This document shows, piece after piece, positions 41,593 through 54,594 of a stretch of DNA of 64,000 bases (position 1 is its first letter; each line of letters begins with the position of its first letter). The notes below the pieces were generated by a model, which ran no database searches, was not told the origin of the DNA, and saw only the letters and a program-made list of their open reading frames with translations. The translations under genes were made by a program, and so were the position numbers. The stretch comes from Octopus vulgaris (lineage: Eukaryota): positions 115,878,001 to 115,942,000 of the forward strand of contig OX597821.1 in the NCBI GenBank assembly GCA_951406725.2. Reading direction: 5' to 3'.

Positions 41593-42772
41593 ATATGTCT
41601 AGATTTCCCTTAAATTTCTTACCTCATTTTAAAACCCTGTATAACCATTCGCATAACCAAACTGTTACTCATTTGTATAATTAATTTCGAGCTAGGCCTT
41701 TTACTCAGCAACAAACTAACACTAGGATTCCAGTAAATGGAATTACAATGTCGAGCAAAATTCATCTTATAATGTTCAATGTACCATCAACGAAAATAAC
41801 TATTCCTTTGTTCGTACTCCAAGTAGCCTCTGCTATAAATCTACTTTTATACGGTGGTATTTGTAGTTTCGTTAACCTCAAAAAGCATGTACATGTGAGT
41901 ATTTCGATAAATGCAGGGTCAAGGGGCATCATTAATGGGCTATATGCAATTAGCGCATGAGGTGGTCGTAATCCAACCTTTTATACATATACATATGTAC
42001 AGACACATGTGGACACTGATAAAAGATCGGATTACGGCCAACTCTTACCCTCACCACAACCGAACAATGGCGTCTTTCTCGAATTTTCCATTGTAACTAA
42101 CAAATCATTATGAACATTGCATAAGAATGGCAGAGAGCAAGTTCAAGGAATGATACACTAACCACATTAATTCTTTTTGGCAAATCAATAAGAAAATCAT
42201 AGCCAACTAGCAGCTGAAAGAGAATGTCACAACATGGAAATATGATAAAAAATGCTGTAACGCAGCAATCCGTTCATAAACAGTGCAAGGAAAGACACAA
42301 CGACAAAGAACATTATATTGAGCAGCATTAAGTGCTGTTCAATATAATGTTGACCCCTAATAATAGAAATTAGCTCCAGGATCTGGCACTACCCAACAAG
42401 CAAATTAAATCTCGTAATTTACATTACACATAGCAGGAAGTAAACACTTTGGAAATCGTAGAATTCTCGTAGGAAAATTCTGTAACTATTTGGAGAAACT
42501 CTGATTTACCAGTCTTGGAGAGTATATAGTTGACACACGCCCGCGCGCAGGCAGGCAGACACACACACGCGCGCGCGTGCGCAATCAGTTGGCAATTAAA
42601 ATTATTTTAGAGATACTGATTCAGGAAAAATTCTTGAAGTTTGTACAGAAAAATCAAAACAAGACAATTAAGAGCAGCTAGGAACGTGTGTGTATGTGTG
42701 TGTATGTGTTTACATGTGTGCTTGTGTGTGATGTTCTCTTTGGTTCATATTTATTTTAATTTACTTTTACAG

Positions 42773-42826
42773 CAACGCAATGGTTCGGAGCATTCGTCAA
42801 TAACAAAATTCACCCGACCACGGAAT
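42773..42826 (+). CDS. Integrin beta-like gene, mini-exon G (TQWFGAFVNNKIHPTTE)
   Basis: ttacttttacag|...T|gtaagt, 54 nt, phase 1-1, open. Confidence 0.6.
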
Positions 42827-43002
42827 GTAAGTAGAAATGATTAATTTCTATTGTTGTTCTGTATGAAATAGTTACATATATACATAATAATAACAATGGC
42901 TTCTGATCTTAACTGATTGGAAGTGTTATCATGTACATTGTTTTGTCTTGGTTTAAAAGATGGGCTACAGCAAATATTCTGCTCAATAATGCCCTGATGC
43001 AG

Positions 43003-43300
43003 TGTCATAGGTGCCCTGCGAATGATAGCAAAAGGGGCTGATTGCTACCTAGCTCAGATACCAGGAAACCCCAAAATGGCATATCCTACGCAAAATACTT
43101 TCTATGTAATCTCAAGTTTTAAAACAAACATAATTTTCTTATGGTTTCTTAAACATTCACTAGTACAACACTATGTACAAAACCAAATATATGGCACCCT
43201 AGGCATGATAATAACATGAACTTCCAACTTGTTGTCTCTTGAGGTCTCTGGGTGAGACTTGGAGCCAACTTGTACAAATGTAAACCAAAAGTCAAACATA
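43003..43300 (+). mobile_element. Dong/R4-type LINE extreme 3' end followed by (TAA)n
   Basis: VIGALRMIAKGADCYLAQIPGNPKM, similar to 13685-13860. Confidence 0.7.
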
Positions 43301-43375
<75 letters not shown>

Positions 43376-43377
<2 letters not shown>

Positions 43378-43590
43378 TCGAAAAATACCTTAAGAATGAG
43401 AACCCAGGTTCGAAATTTCCCCAAGACACCTGATGACGGTTGGAGGGTATATCAACCGAAACGTTGTGTTAAAAACAAACAAAATGGTGGTACCCCAGCA
43501 TGGCCACAGCTCATGAGCTGAAACTAAAAAATCAAAATCAAAAATCAAAGATGAGGACAAATATCCGTTAAATGCAAATAACGTAAATAA
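43376..43590 (+). mobile_element. Second copy of the hammerhead-bearing element body (head absent, preceded by (AAT)n, interrupted by a SINE tail fragment)
   Basis: atcgaaaaataccttaagaatgagaacccaggttcgaaatttccccaagacacCTGATGA... matches the reverse complement of 9660-9780. Confidence 0.75.
43425..43470 (+). ncRNA. Minimal type I hammerhead ribozyme motif (family 1), intronic, sense to the integrin gene
   Basis: GACAC CTGATGA C GGTTG-gagggtatat-CAACC GAAA CGTT GTGTT. Stem II shows a compensatory change relative to the 9947 copy. Confidence 0.75.
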
Positions 43591-43687
43591 AGTATTAGAT
43601 AGTTGAAAAGGACTGATAGGATGGTACCGTAGGCTGCAGGCAGCAAATCGGCCCCACGTGCAAGACTCCAGGGGTTCCAACAAAACC

Positions 43688-43760
<73 letters not shown>

Positions 43761-43762
<2 letters not shown>

Positions 43763-44261
43763 TGATTGGAAGTGTTATCATGTACATTGGTATAAAAGAT
43801 GGGCTACAGCAAATATTCTGCTCAATACCACAGATTTGCTTGTCAGTTGTTTGACCTTAACCAGTTGAGCATGTCCTTTAGTGGCTGACGATATGTGCAT
43901 CTCTGATCACGAGCAGAAGTAGTGGGGGAGCATCATAGCCATGTGTTGAGAGGGATTCTTTGGGGTTTGAATAGGTCACCTCTGGAAACATGGGTGGTTC
44001 TTTCAACATCCTTAAACAACCCTTATTCAGGGACCGTTTGAGCGGGATGGGCTACTCAACCTGAAGAAAATTCTAACTGGGCCCCACCTGCAAGGTCATG
44101 TGCTGTTTATCTTGATATGAGATCACCATGTCGCGCACATATGGTTGTGATGCATGTGCCTGGTGTACCTTTATCAGACGGGTAGTCATGATGGGTATAT
44201 TGGGCTTCGTATATTTTACCCCAGTGTCACTTTGATGGCATGAACTGCTCTCTCACTCAAT
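43761..44261. mobile_element. Repeat family D, opposite orientation, flanked by (TAA)n
   Basis: Reverse complement of most of 37757-38310. Confidence 0.85.
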
Positions 44262-45221
44262 GATAATAATAATAATAGTAATAATAATAATACTGTTGAT
44301 GATGATAATCACTATGCATAATCCAAATTATTTCCTCTGTTCTTGTTACTCTGTTTCTGTTAACTTCTACAGATTATGTAATGACAAAAGTACAAACATA
44401 GTCAGGTTATGAAGAATTGCTTATATAACATTAATAATCATATATCTACTTTCGCCGTGAAAATATCCTCAAAGATAACCCACTTGGTTTTCAGCAAACA
44501 CAGTAAGCTCCACGAGGCTCCGACAGAGGGTGGTGGCGACCCCTGTTGTACTCTTTCGCCCCAACTTTCTCTCACTCTTTCTTCCTGTTTCTTGTCCCCG
44601 ATTTCCTACGCAACCGCTGAGCCTGGATACGCATTCATCCATCCGTCGATGCTCTCGGTGTCGGGGGTTGACCTGCTTTCTTTTCTGCGGGTCTTACGAA
44701 TAGCAAAGGACCACGTTTCGGACTTCTCCCATCTTGCGAGCTCTGGGACGAAGACCGTTTACCCAACAGAAACAGCAAACACAGTAAGATGGATCATTCT
44801 GACTTGTTTGCCTTTCACAAAAAATTCAGCAGCGATCGTTTATCTTCCTTTGCATTTGCTAAAGGAATAGATCTATTTATAATATTCAAACATGCATACT
44901 CATAAATATGCTGTATTAGTACTTTTGGTATCAAATCCTGGGCATTAGCCAATATGTGAGTTTCTTTGCTTGTATTAATTTGCTTATAATATTCACAAGA
45001 TCTCCTCTTAACCTCAATAGACAGAAACCAAAGTAAGCGATTCCCAACTAATCTTTAATGAAAAGCGATGATCATCATGTTTTCCTGCTGAAGTTGCTGT
45101 GACTTTTATATATTCTATATTTTCACAGCGAAACTAAATATATGCTTGTTAAGTATATTTGTATAATTTTCGTGTACATAGTTATTTACAGATTATATAT
45201 AATCTGCGATTCCTTCTTTAG

Positions 45222-45290
45222 ATTTTTCAAGTACAATTCAAGAATCTTTTGATGAAAACATTAGTAATTTTATGGATTCAGAAATATCAG
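45222..45290 (+). CDS. Integrin beta-like gene, mini-exon H (FSSTIQESFDENISNFMDSEIS)
   Basis: ttccttctttag|...G|gtgagt, 69 nt, phase 1-1, open. Confidence 0.7.
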
Positions 45291-46683
45291 GTGAGTAAAC
45301 ATACGTTTGTCATTCTACAAACATTAAGTTATAAAACACAAAACAGCATTATATTTGAAAATTGAATATGTAAGAAGATGCACTTAATTATGCAATTATG
45401 ACTTTGATGCGTATCTCTAAATATATAGCAACATTCATAGTCTTCATCTCTGAAATCACAGGCATTAGCTTTTATTTGATATCTTTGCCTTTCCTCTTTC
45501 CTACTTCTAGCAGTTTTAATTATCATTCCGTTGCGTACTAAACAAAGTTTCAGCTATAATATCATCGTCCAAAGATCCAGCGGTTCATATCGTGTTGAAG
45601 TATCCCGTTTCAGCTCATCTGTTGTGGAGAGATTATGTCTTGATTGACATAAATTGTGGCCAAAACATTGATAACTCGCTAACTCATGACATTCAATTGT
45701 TGACAGTGGAAGTACTAACTATATACGTCATTTTCATATCAGAAAATACATTTTCAAATATATTCTTTAATTAAGTCGTTAGGATGTGATATAAAGATTT
45801 TCCATCTTTGATGAGTAGGTTGAGTGACCATTGCTGATCATGAAGATAAGCTGACACGTTAACGTCGAATAACATGGAGGAAAATATTTTAGGCCGTGAT
45901 ACGACAAGCATACCTGATGATGCACTCACTAGCCAGAAAACAACTCTCTCACATTCTCTTTAATGACTTCTATTTCATTCTTTCGGAGAAGTAGTTGATG
46001 TGAGAGTCAGAATTAGGTATGAGATACTTAGGGGGGCTTTGCTACTGGTGAGAAAGAACTGTTAACATTTCAGTCGATAAACTTACATAAGCTCTATTAT
46101 AAGCAGGATTCTTTGGCGCTTTTTTCCCAAATATCTTTTCTACACGAGTTTATTCTTTGTTTTCTCCCTTTACTTAATAGTTTCCTCCGTTGACTCCCTT
46201 ATCTAAAATATCACCTTTTTATTGTTTGACTGGTGGCATTATTTCATTCTACCATCGTCCAATCATCGTTACTTCAGTTTCTTCATCATTTACTACTTTC
46301 TTGTTCACAATCCAAGCAATAGTATCTCTTTATCTCTCTTTCTCTTCCTCTGTTTCGGATGACAGCCCGAAACGCCAGATTCTTCACTTCTCACAGTAAT
46401 CTATAGTTCACGAAGATATTACTTTATTTATAATTCAATCTGGAACTAAGAACCATGATGATCAGAAATCAAAACAGAGTGTAGATATAAATACTGGAAA
46501 TGTAAAACTACATTTTATAGAGTATCATTACAGTATTTATAGAAAATTAGAAAGAATGATAATTTATTAGAGTTTACAGTTTGGCAAATCGTCATATCTC
46601 ACAGAAAAAGTGAGAGTATTTAAATGTTACGAACTGACTGAAATCTATAGACGGTAATTCCTTATGCCATTTAATTTTTACAG

Positions 46684-46757
46684 ACTTTTGCAAGGTTCAT
46701 ACGAAATGTGGAAGTTGTATTTCGGCATCACCCTCTTGTTATTGGTGCTCCCAGCAG
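46684..46757 (+). CDS. Integrin beta subunit, PSI domain exon 1 (DFCKVHTKCGSCISASPSCYWCSQQ)
   Basis: tttttacag|...CAG|gtatat. C-x5-C-x2-C-x6-C-x-W-C pattern of the integrin beta PSI domain. Confidence 0.9.
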
Positions 46758-46896
46758 GTATATTATTACTAATATTACAGTCTGAGATTGCAGATAATGT
46801 AATAAACTTGTTCATTGCTACACTTCATTAATGCTTAGATAAAGTGCTAACTCATCTCATGTATACTTTTGGATTCTATAAAATAACTTTATTTAA

Positions 46897-47114
46897 CTCT
46901 TTTGTTACCATATTTCTGTTGAGATGCTCTTCGTTTCTTTCAATTAACTTTAAATATAACAAAGAATTTAATAAATAACCCTAGTTATCAGTAAGTTAGT
47001 GTTAAGAACATAAATTGTAACTAAGATTTGGTGGAAGATTTTAATTCAGAACTTTTGAAAACAAGACGTACTACAGGGCCAGAGGCGGTTTCAGCCGGGT
47101 TGGTATCAAAAGGG
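46897..47114. mobile_element. piggyBac-like MITE
   Basis: TTAA on both sides. Inverted termini CTCTTTTGTTACCA / TGGTATCAAAAGGG. Confidence 0.7.
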
Positions 47115-47944
47115 TTAAATTTTCTTTAGAAATAGAACTGTTAAGTTGGCCATTTCAGTACATCACTGGACCAAATTTACAACAGTATTTAACCCTGTCT
47201 CATTTTTGAACAAAATTTAGGTTTCCCACGGGTTAACTTTAACTTTTGTCATTCCAGAGAAAATAAGTATTGGTCATAAATTGATGCATATTGAATCAAT
47301 CAACTATCCGCATCCTGCACATTTGTGGCCTTATAAAACAGTATCGGAACTAAATGATTACAGAAAATGGTGCGACAGAAATGCTAGCATGTGGAACTAT
47401 TTAATTTTGCCACACATCATTTTGATTTCAAAATACATTAGAGTGAACTTTGTCTTCCATTCTTTGGGGGTTCATTAAATATGCAACAGCCATGCATTGA
47501 AGTCACTTCAATCAGCTATATTCTTCATGTATGATGTGCTAATATTAAAAACTAATCTTCGTAGAAAATACAACAGGATTTATTTAGTTATGAACAACCA
47601 ATATTTGAAGATTTTCTTTTCGTTTCTATATCGGATAACCACAAGAGTATTAATCTCTCTGTAATTACAACAATTCTTTCAACATGGATATTTAAAAGTT
47701 AGTTTGGTTATCCAAATCCCTACTGTATTAAGTCAATGTGACTTATTGGCTGAATACAGCCAATAATTGTATGAAACAATACAAGAGAGAATATTCAACA
47801 GCTTTGACAGAGGAAATTTATATAAAACCTAGAATATTTTTTGTAAACGAATCCATATTTGTTTTAACTTGGTATTACTGTAGATTTGTTACGTTACGAA
47901 TCAGTATTGATTTCTAACATAATGTAATACATCGACATTGACAG

Positions 47945-48055
47945 GAATTCGATGATGTTAATCATGCCCGTTGCGATGTTAGACGTCGTCTGGTCGAGAA
48001 TCGATGTCTCAGCAGCAGAATAGTCCGACCAAAAGGATATTTCAAGATTAAAGAG
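47945..48055 (+). CDS. Integrin beta subunit, PSI exon 2 (EFDDVNHARCDVRRRLVENRCLSSRIVRPKGYFKIKE)
   Basis: RCD...L...C...I..P PSI motif, phase 0-0, 111 nt. acag| acceptor and GAG|gtcaag donor. Confidence 0.85.
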
Positions 48056-48512
48056 GTCAAGTATTATAATATTTACTATTACAAAACTATTTTGTTACAA
48101 CATATTTTAAGTATTAATAAATTGTTTTCAAATCATTACGAAATTTATGTAAGCCTTTCTTATGCCTATACATCATACATCATACTCAGCTTCCTCCATA
48201 ATTTGTTATAATATAATTAAAAATACTATTTCGCGAGAAAACAGTCAGTATTGTGGAGCAGGATGTAACTTTCCGGCAAGCCGGGAACTTGACGCAGTAT
48301 AAATCCCAGTTTGAAGCCATTTCACTTAATTTATGCCACTAATGACCTTGAGAAAGACACAAACGCTGCACTTCCCTATTTTAACCAAAAATATGAGGCT
48401 GGTGTCTAATCAAAAGAAGACAATTGTTATAAAAAGCTTAAGAGTTAAAAACCATACAGAAAGAAGAAAATCGTAAGATACGTAAATGGGGATTAAAAAA
48501 CTAGGATAGATG

Positions 48513-49047
<535 letters not shown>

Positions 49048-49437
49048 ATCCTGACATTTATGTACGATTCAAATTCAGAATAGAAATAATTAAAAAGTAT
49101 TTAAAATTTGGTCTATTCTTAAAAAACAAACAAACAAGCAAATATGGTTTTCATTATTTTGTGGTATGAGTATTATTAAAGTAAATCAATTAATGTTTCT
49201 AGGTTGACTGTAAAAAACAAAAAACATGTTTTAGCGCGACACATTCAAAGAAGTAAGCCAGGAAAAAAAATGTTTTCAAGAAAATGAATTACATTGGAAG
49301 CTGAATAACATTTTTAGGATTAAGTGATGTTGTTCTGATTTAGAAGAGGACAACATTAAAAATGTTCGTCTTTAATGCTTTGGTGAATATATTTAAAATA
49401 AATATCTAAAAGTTCGCGATCTTTTGTCTGTTTCCAG

Positions 49438-49519
49438 GATGAAGATCTTCGGGCGTATAGCGATAAATTACAAGCTGTACAATTAAAACCACAGAAATTA
49501 TTTATGAAGATGGTTCTAG
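49438..49519 (+). CDS. Integrin beta subunit, hybrid domain exon (DEDLRAYSDKLQAVQLKPQKLFMKMVLG)
   Basis: tttccag|...G|gtaaag. Contains the VQLxPQ motif of the hybrid domain. Confidence 0.88.
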
Positions 49520-50740
49520 GTAAAGTGTAAAGACTGCTTATATATTTTATAATTTATTGATAATATATACTTCTTCCTAATTATGGTCAACTTCATGCTG
49601 AAGTATATTCGAGTCAACAATGAAGACCTCCTTCGATCATGAATGACCACGAGGCACAAGTCTGGGGAAGGTGATTTATAGAATACCAGCAGTCGCCTAT
49701 GCATACTAACCTCTCCTCTCCACGCCACCGTTGTTATCCGAGGGAAAGGCAAAAACCGATACAACTTGGCACCAGTGACGCCGCAATTCATTTCTACAGC
49801 TGAATGAACTGGAGCAGCGTGAAATAAAGTGTCTTGCTCAAGAACACAACATACAACCCGATCCGGGAATCGAATTCTCTGCCTATTGATTGTGAATCCG
49901 ACTCTTTAACCACTGATCAATGCTGTTACATTTCATCTAATCCTTGTGTCAGAAGTTTCCCGCTGTATTCAGTAGCTTAGAGAGAGATGAACTCTGTAAA
50001 GGTTGAAGATTCGCTGGCATCTAACTTTACGTAAATGCACATAATTACAAAATCAAATATCAGTCTTGACTTTTTTGAACGACTGCAAAATGAAAATAAT
50101 ATTTATGTAATAATAACCGTTATAAATGCTGGTTGGCTAGTTGCTTTCCTCAATCACGTTTTACATCGTGAGAAGCAGAGAAGCAGAGACTAAAAGATAT
50201 ATATATATATAAAATCAAAATGAGGGTGAAAAATTGGATATTAATTTGATAACATCAATTTTAACACCAGTGGTCTAGCATATAAACAAAACTGAGATTC
50301 AGTAAATAGTATTCCATACATAAATATAAGAGGGAATATTTTTATAACCACTATGTGGAAACCCTTACGCTAGAAGAAAATCCGCTACGGTTTTAACCAC
50401 TAAGAATTGTTCTCAAGAAAAATTTAGCACACTAGAAACGTAAGCGAGCAAGACAAATGAAAAGTAATAAAAATATAGATTAATCATAAACAATTGTTTC
50501 ACTATCAACAAATTACGTAATTCTACTTACATAATTTATCTGTAGATCGTCAGTATGACCCATTTCATTTCACTTTCCACACATGCTACCATATCTTACC
50601 GAAGTCAACCTGATGATCTCGGTTGGAAATTGCATGTTTGAAGATTGAAGACTGAATCGACATGCTAAGTAAAGACAGAACGATCAATAAAGATTTTTGA
50701 CACTTTTACAAAATATTTTAATTTCATGATTTTTTTAAAG

Positions 50741-50872
50741 GAGAAAACCAGAGTTTCCCGTTCGAACTCCGAATGTCGACTGATTATCCGCTTGATGTTT
50801 ACTTTGTCATGGATTGCTCGGTTACAATGAAAGGTCACCGCAGAAACTTGGCTGGTGTCACAAAAGAATTAG
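50741..50872 (+). CDS. Integrin beta subunit, start of beta-I domain with MIDAS loop (ENQSFPFELRMSTDYPLDVYFVMDCSVTMKGHRRNLAGVTKEL)
   Basis: Matches the DYPxDxYxxMDxSxSM consensus. ttaaag| acceptor and G|gtaaat donor, 132 nt. Confidence 0.92.
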
Positions 50873-50926
50873 GTAAATATTCCTGCATAAAAATCATCTA
50901 TACCACCACCATCACCACTACTGCTG

Positions 50927-50998
<72 letters not shown>

Positions 50999-51239
50999 GT
51001 ACTCGTTGTATGTAATATTTTTCATATGTTTATTATTTATTCTCTTCATCAAATTTTATAGGTCGCAATATCCTAGTCTGAGGTTAGGATATCGCGACAC
51101 ATCCCTTGATACATCAAGAAGATGTGTTAGGTAAGGTCAAAAAGGTGTTGAAGCTCAACACCTCTTTTAACCTTAGCCATGAAGGAATTTTAACGTTGCA
51201 TTGCGTGACAAATACTCTTTAGTTGTTCAGTGCTGTAGC

Positions 51240-51485
51240 CAGTGGCGGACTGGCCACGTTGCCAGCTTGCTCAATGGCGAGTGGGCTCCTGCGCCATTGG
51301 GCCTATCTTAGTATCTAAGGAGCCCATCAAAGAGAAGAATGCTTTATTTTATCCTGGCTGTCTTTGTAGACAGTTGAAAAGAACACTTTTAACAAAATAA
51401 AAATAAATTAAATGATAGCATTACGGTTACGGATGGGCCCCTTTAGTCTCCTGGCAACCAATATTTTTAGACCCAGCCCCCACTG
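51240..51485. mobile_element. hAT-like MITE
   Basis: Inverted termini CAGTGGCGGACTGG / CCAGCCCCCACTG and 8-bp TSD gctgtagc / gctgtggc. Confidence 0.7.
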
Positions 51486-52360
51486 GCTGTGGCTGCTTAT
51501 ATCCAGATGAAATGTACTACTCTGTAGTATTTACATCTTGTAAGTAAACTATGCTGGAGTTTTGGCTGTGAATATTGATCGGCGTCAGAAACAATATAGC
51601 TTATTTAATCATCTATCTGATAATTTCTGTATTTATATTGCTGATAATTTCCAATATAACTATAGATAAGTATATTATCTATAATCATGATCAACTCAGC
51701 TCTGGATACAATATAATGTATGTAATTATCAATTCTCTGCGGAAGCCACATTTAGGAGAAAATGAGTATTCAATCGCAGCTAATCTTTTGTGAGTATATC
51801 TGCTCTATTTTAAAAGACACTTTCACTATCACAAAATATAGACATTTGAGCATATATATGGTTTTAAATTTAATTCATTGAAAAATACACAATAAAATAA
51901 ATATAACAGAATGTAATCTGTAGATTGCTAGAACTCGAAAACTTAATATAGGGGATGAAACAGATAATATAAGTAATAATCACAGAAGAAATACGTTCTC
52001 AATACATATAATATGTCTGAGTGGCTTTCTGGTCGTTTAGTTGTTGAAAATGCACATACAGGTCAAAAGTGTTTTTTTTTTAATCAGCTGTTTCTCAATT
52101 TTAGATGCTTAAATCAATGAATGACAAGTTTGCCAGCTGAATGGCTGATAATAACTTTGAGTCATCGATTACGGGTTGTCAGTTTACTTTTAATACATGT
52201 CCTACTGATCGTAGAGTTGGAGAAGGGAACTTTTAAGTTCTCATGAAGTTTATACACTTGAGCTGTTATATTATTTAACTTTACAGAGACCAAGATGGAG
52301 CGCAATTACTCAAGCATACAATGGTAGATGTTCTTTATTATACCAGTTTAAATCTCACGA

Positions 52361-52588
52361 GGCCGCGAGCTGGCAGACTCGTTAGCGCGCCGGGCGAAAT
52401 GCTTAGCTGTATTTCGTCTGTCGTTACGTTCTGAGTTCAAATTCCGCCGAGGTCGACTTTGCCTTTCATCCTTTCGGGGTCGATAAATAAAGTACCAGTT
52501 TCGCACTGGGGTCGATGTAATCGACTTAATCCGTTTGCCTGCCCTTGTTTGTCCCCTCTGTGTGTAGCCCCTTGTGGGCAATAAAGAA
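52361..52588 (+). mobile_element. tRNA-derived SINE family A
   Basis: A/B-box head and the same body as 55-276. An internally deleted copy lies at about 14258-14410 (-). Confidence 0.85.
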
Positions 52589-53366
52589 ATATATATCAGT
52601 TTAAATCTCACATTTTGGGGAGAACACACGCATTATTGGTCTTCATTGTATTTTCTATTAGGATCATGCAATTAGAGAAAGATCGCCTGATATTTATATG
52701 GCCGAGAATTTACGTTAATTAACGAGCATGTAAAAGGCTGAGTATTCCACGGATACATGTGCCCTTATTGTACTCCTCAGTCAGAATCAACGGAGCATAG
52801 TTCGTAACAAGACTGGTCCATTTTTGATATCGCTGTTGAAACTTAATGCGGTTATAGCTTGGAATTTGCTTTGTTCATTGAAAGTAATTAGAATTTAGGT
52901 CTAAATTGATACTATAGACACCATGTCAGTGGTTTCTGGACATTAATTCTGTCGTGAGGTCCATTATTTTCTGAGAGTATGGACATTCTAATGGATTATC
53001 TGCAGGTTTTGCTATGTGATTACAGTTTGGACTTTATCATACCAGTACAAGTAGACGGAATAAAGGATTAACAACGCAGTCCATATTTATTTTTGGGCTC
53101 ACTTGTAGAGAATGTACATTTTTGGATCATAATTACTAGGAATAGTTTTGGAGTGTTGCGCTGTTTTATTTTGTTGAAGATTTTGTTCTTTTTATCGTAG
53201 TATTAATAGATTGATTTGTTTCAAGAATGAAATGTAATTAAGTCATCTCCGGTTTCGACGATAAGTGTTCAGTTGTTCGACTAACTAAACTGTTTGCTCA
53301 ATGAATTATCAAGTAAATGGTCGAGCATTTCATAGACACAAGTATCCTCAAAGTAATTCTCAGTCT

Positions 53367-53575
53367 GAGGTGCGGAAAAGTTCCTGGCTTTAAGAGTATC
53401 ACGAAAGGCATGGTTGGAGGCCCAACTTACCAAGTTCTTTTACAGGGCTTAGAAAAACTGAAGAACTACTGCAATGAGTGTGTGATTCTGAGAGGGAAAT
53501 ATGTTGAATAGAATCATAATTAACTGATCCTCCTGTATTTTCTTTGACGCAAAGCCAGGATCTTTTCAGCCCCCA
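53367..53575 (+). mobile_element. Internally deleted mariner element
   Basis: Inverted ends gaaaagttcctggcttt / aaagccaggatcttttc. Encodes mariner-like C-terminus GLEKL...C..C..LRGKYVE*. Confidence 0.7.
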
Positions 53576-53783
53576 CCCATCGTACATTGCTAGAAAAATT
53601 AGATCTTTGAATTGAAGGTGCAATGAATCCGACGGGCATCCGAACAGTTTCTCGTCTACATAAGTTCATTCATAAGGCTTCGGTTAATCTGTGACTGGCA
53701 AAAGATGGTGTGTAGTCGTATGTTTAACTTATTCCGCTATTGAAGCTGTGTAACCTCTTATATAACTGTTTATTCTTCTTCAG

Positions 53784-53871
53784 CTAAAAGATTGGGAAAC
53801 ATTTCGAAAAATTTCCTTGTTGGATTCGGAACATTTGTTGACAGAGCTGAGTTACCTTTCACCCACGACAG
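53784..53871 (+). CDS. Integrin beta subunit, beta-I exon (AKRLGNISKNFLVGFGTFVDRAELPFTHDR)
   Basis: GFGxFVD motif. cttcag| acceptor and AG|gtaaat donor. Confidence 0.92.
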
Positions 53872-54360
53872 GTAAATATAATTCAAAAAGTTTGCTATTA
53901 AGTTAGTACAGTTTCGATAAAAAAATACATTATCAGATGTCATTAATTCATTAAATATTTTGGATTATCACGCTAACAGTTAATTTTAGACAGTGAATAC
54001 AATTGAATTAATTAATAACAACTGCATTTTAGTTCGTATAACACCTGATTATGTTTATGATAAAAGTTTAGTTGAAAGGTAATTTGTCAATTTCAACAAA
54101 TAGATAAAAAGAAAGTAGTAATAGATTTTTTGCACTGAAATAAAACAAAACAAATAAATCCCAAAACTAAAAAAAAACACTAACAAAACAAAACAAACGG
54201 CAAGTAATTGAAGGTAAACAGCACATTTGATTACAAGCTAATATGAATATAAATAAATATGAAGCAGATTGTACTCTAGGTCTCAGTTTCATGGAGAACT
54301 GTCAGAATTCAGAATTAGACATTTGACAAAATGCTTTGGAGTAGAAAAAGATAAATAATA

Positions 54361-54432
<72 letters not shown>

Positions 54433-54527
54433 AGAGGTATTAGAAAGATTTCCTTCCCATAAAGTGTCCCCGTGAATTGTTATAAAATTATATCATTTTT
54501 TTTAATGAAGTGAACATTTTTTTCCAG

Positions 54528-54594
54528 GTTGTTAAAAAGATCTACTTTATTCACCAATCGCGTGAGTCTCACCACGAACATAACATTACTTCAG
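54528..54594 (+). CDS. Integrin beta subunit, beta-I exon (LLKRSTLFTNRVSLTTNITLLQ), probable GC donor
   Basis: tttttccag| acceptor in phase 2, F..xxSLT motif, donor CAG|gcaagt. An in-frame GT alternative lies at 54562. Confidence 0.75.
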
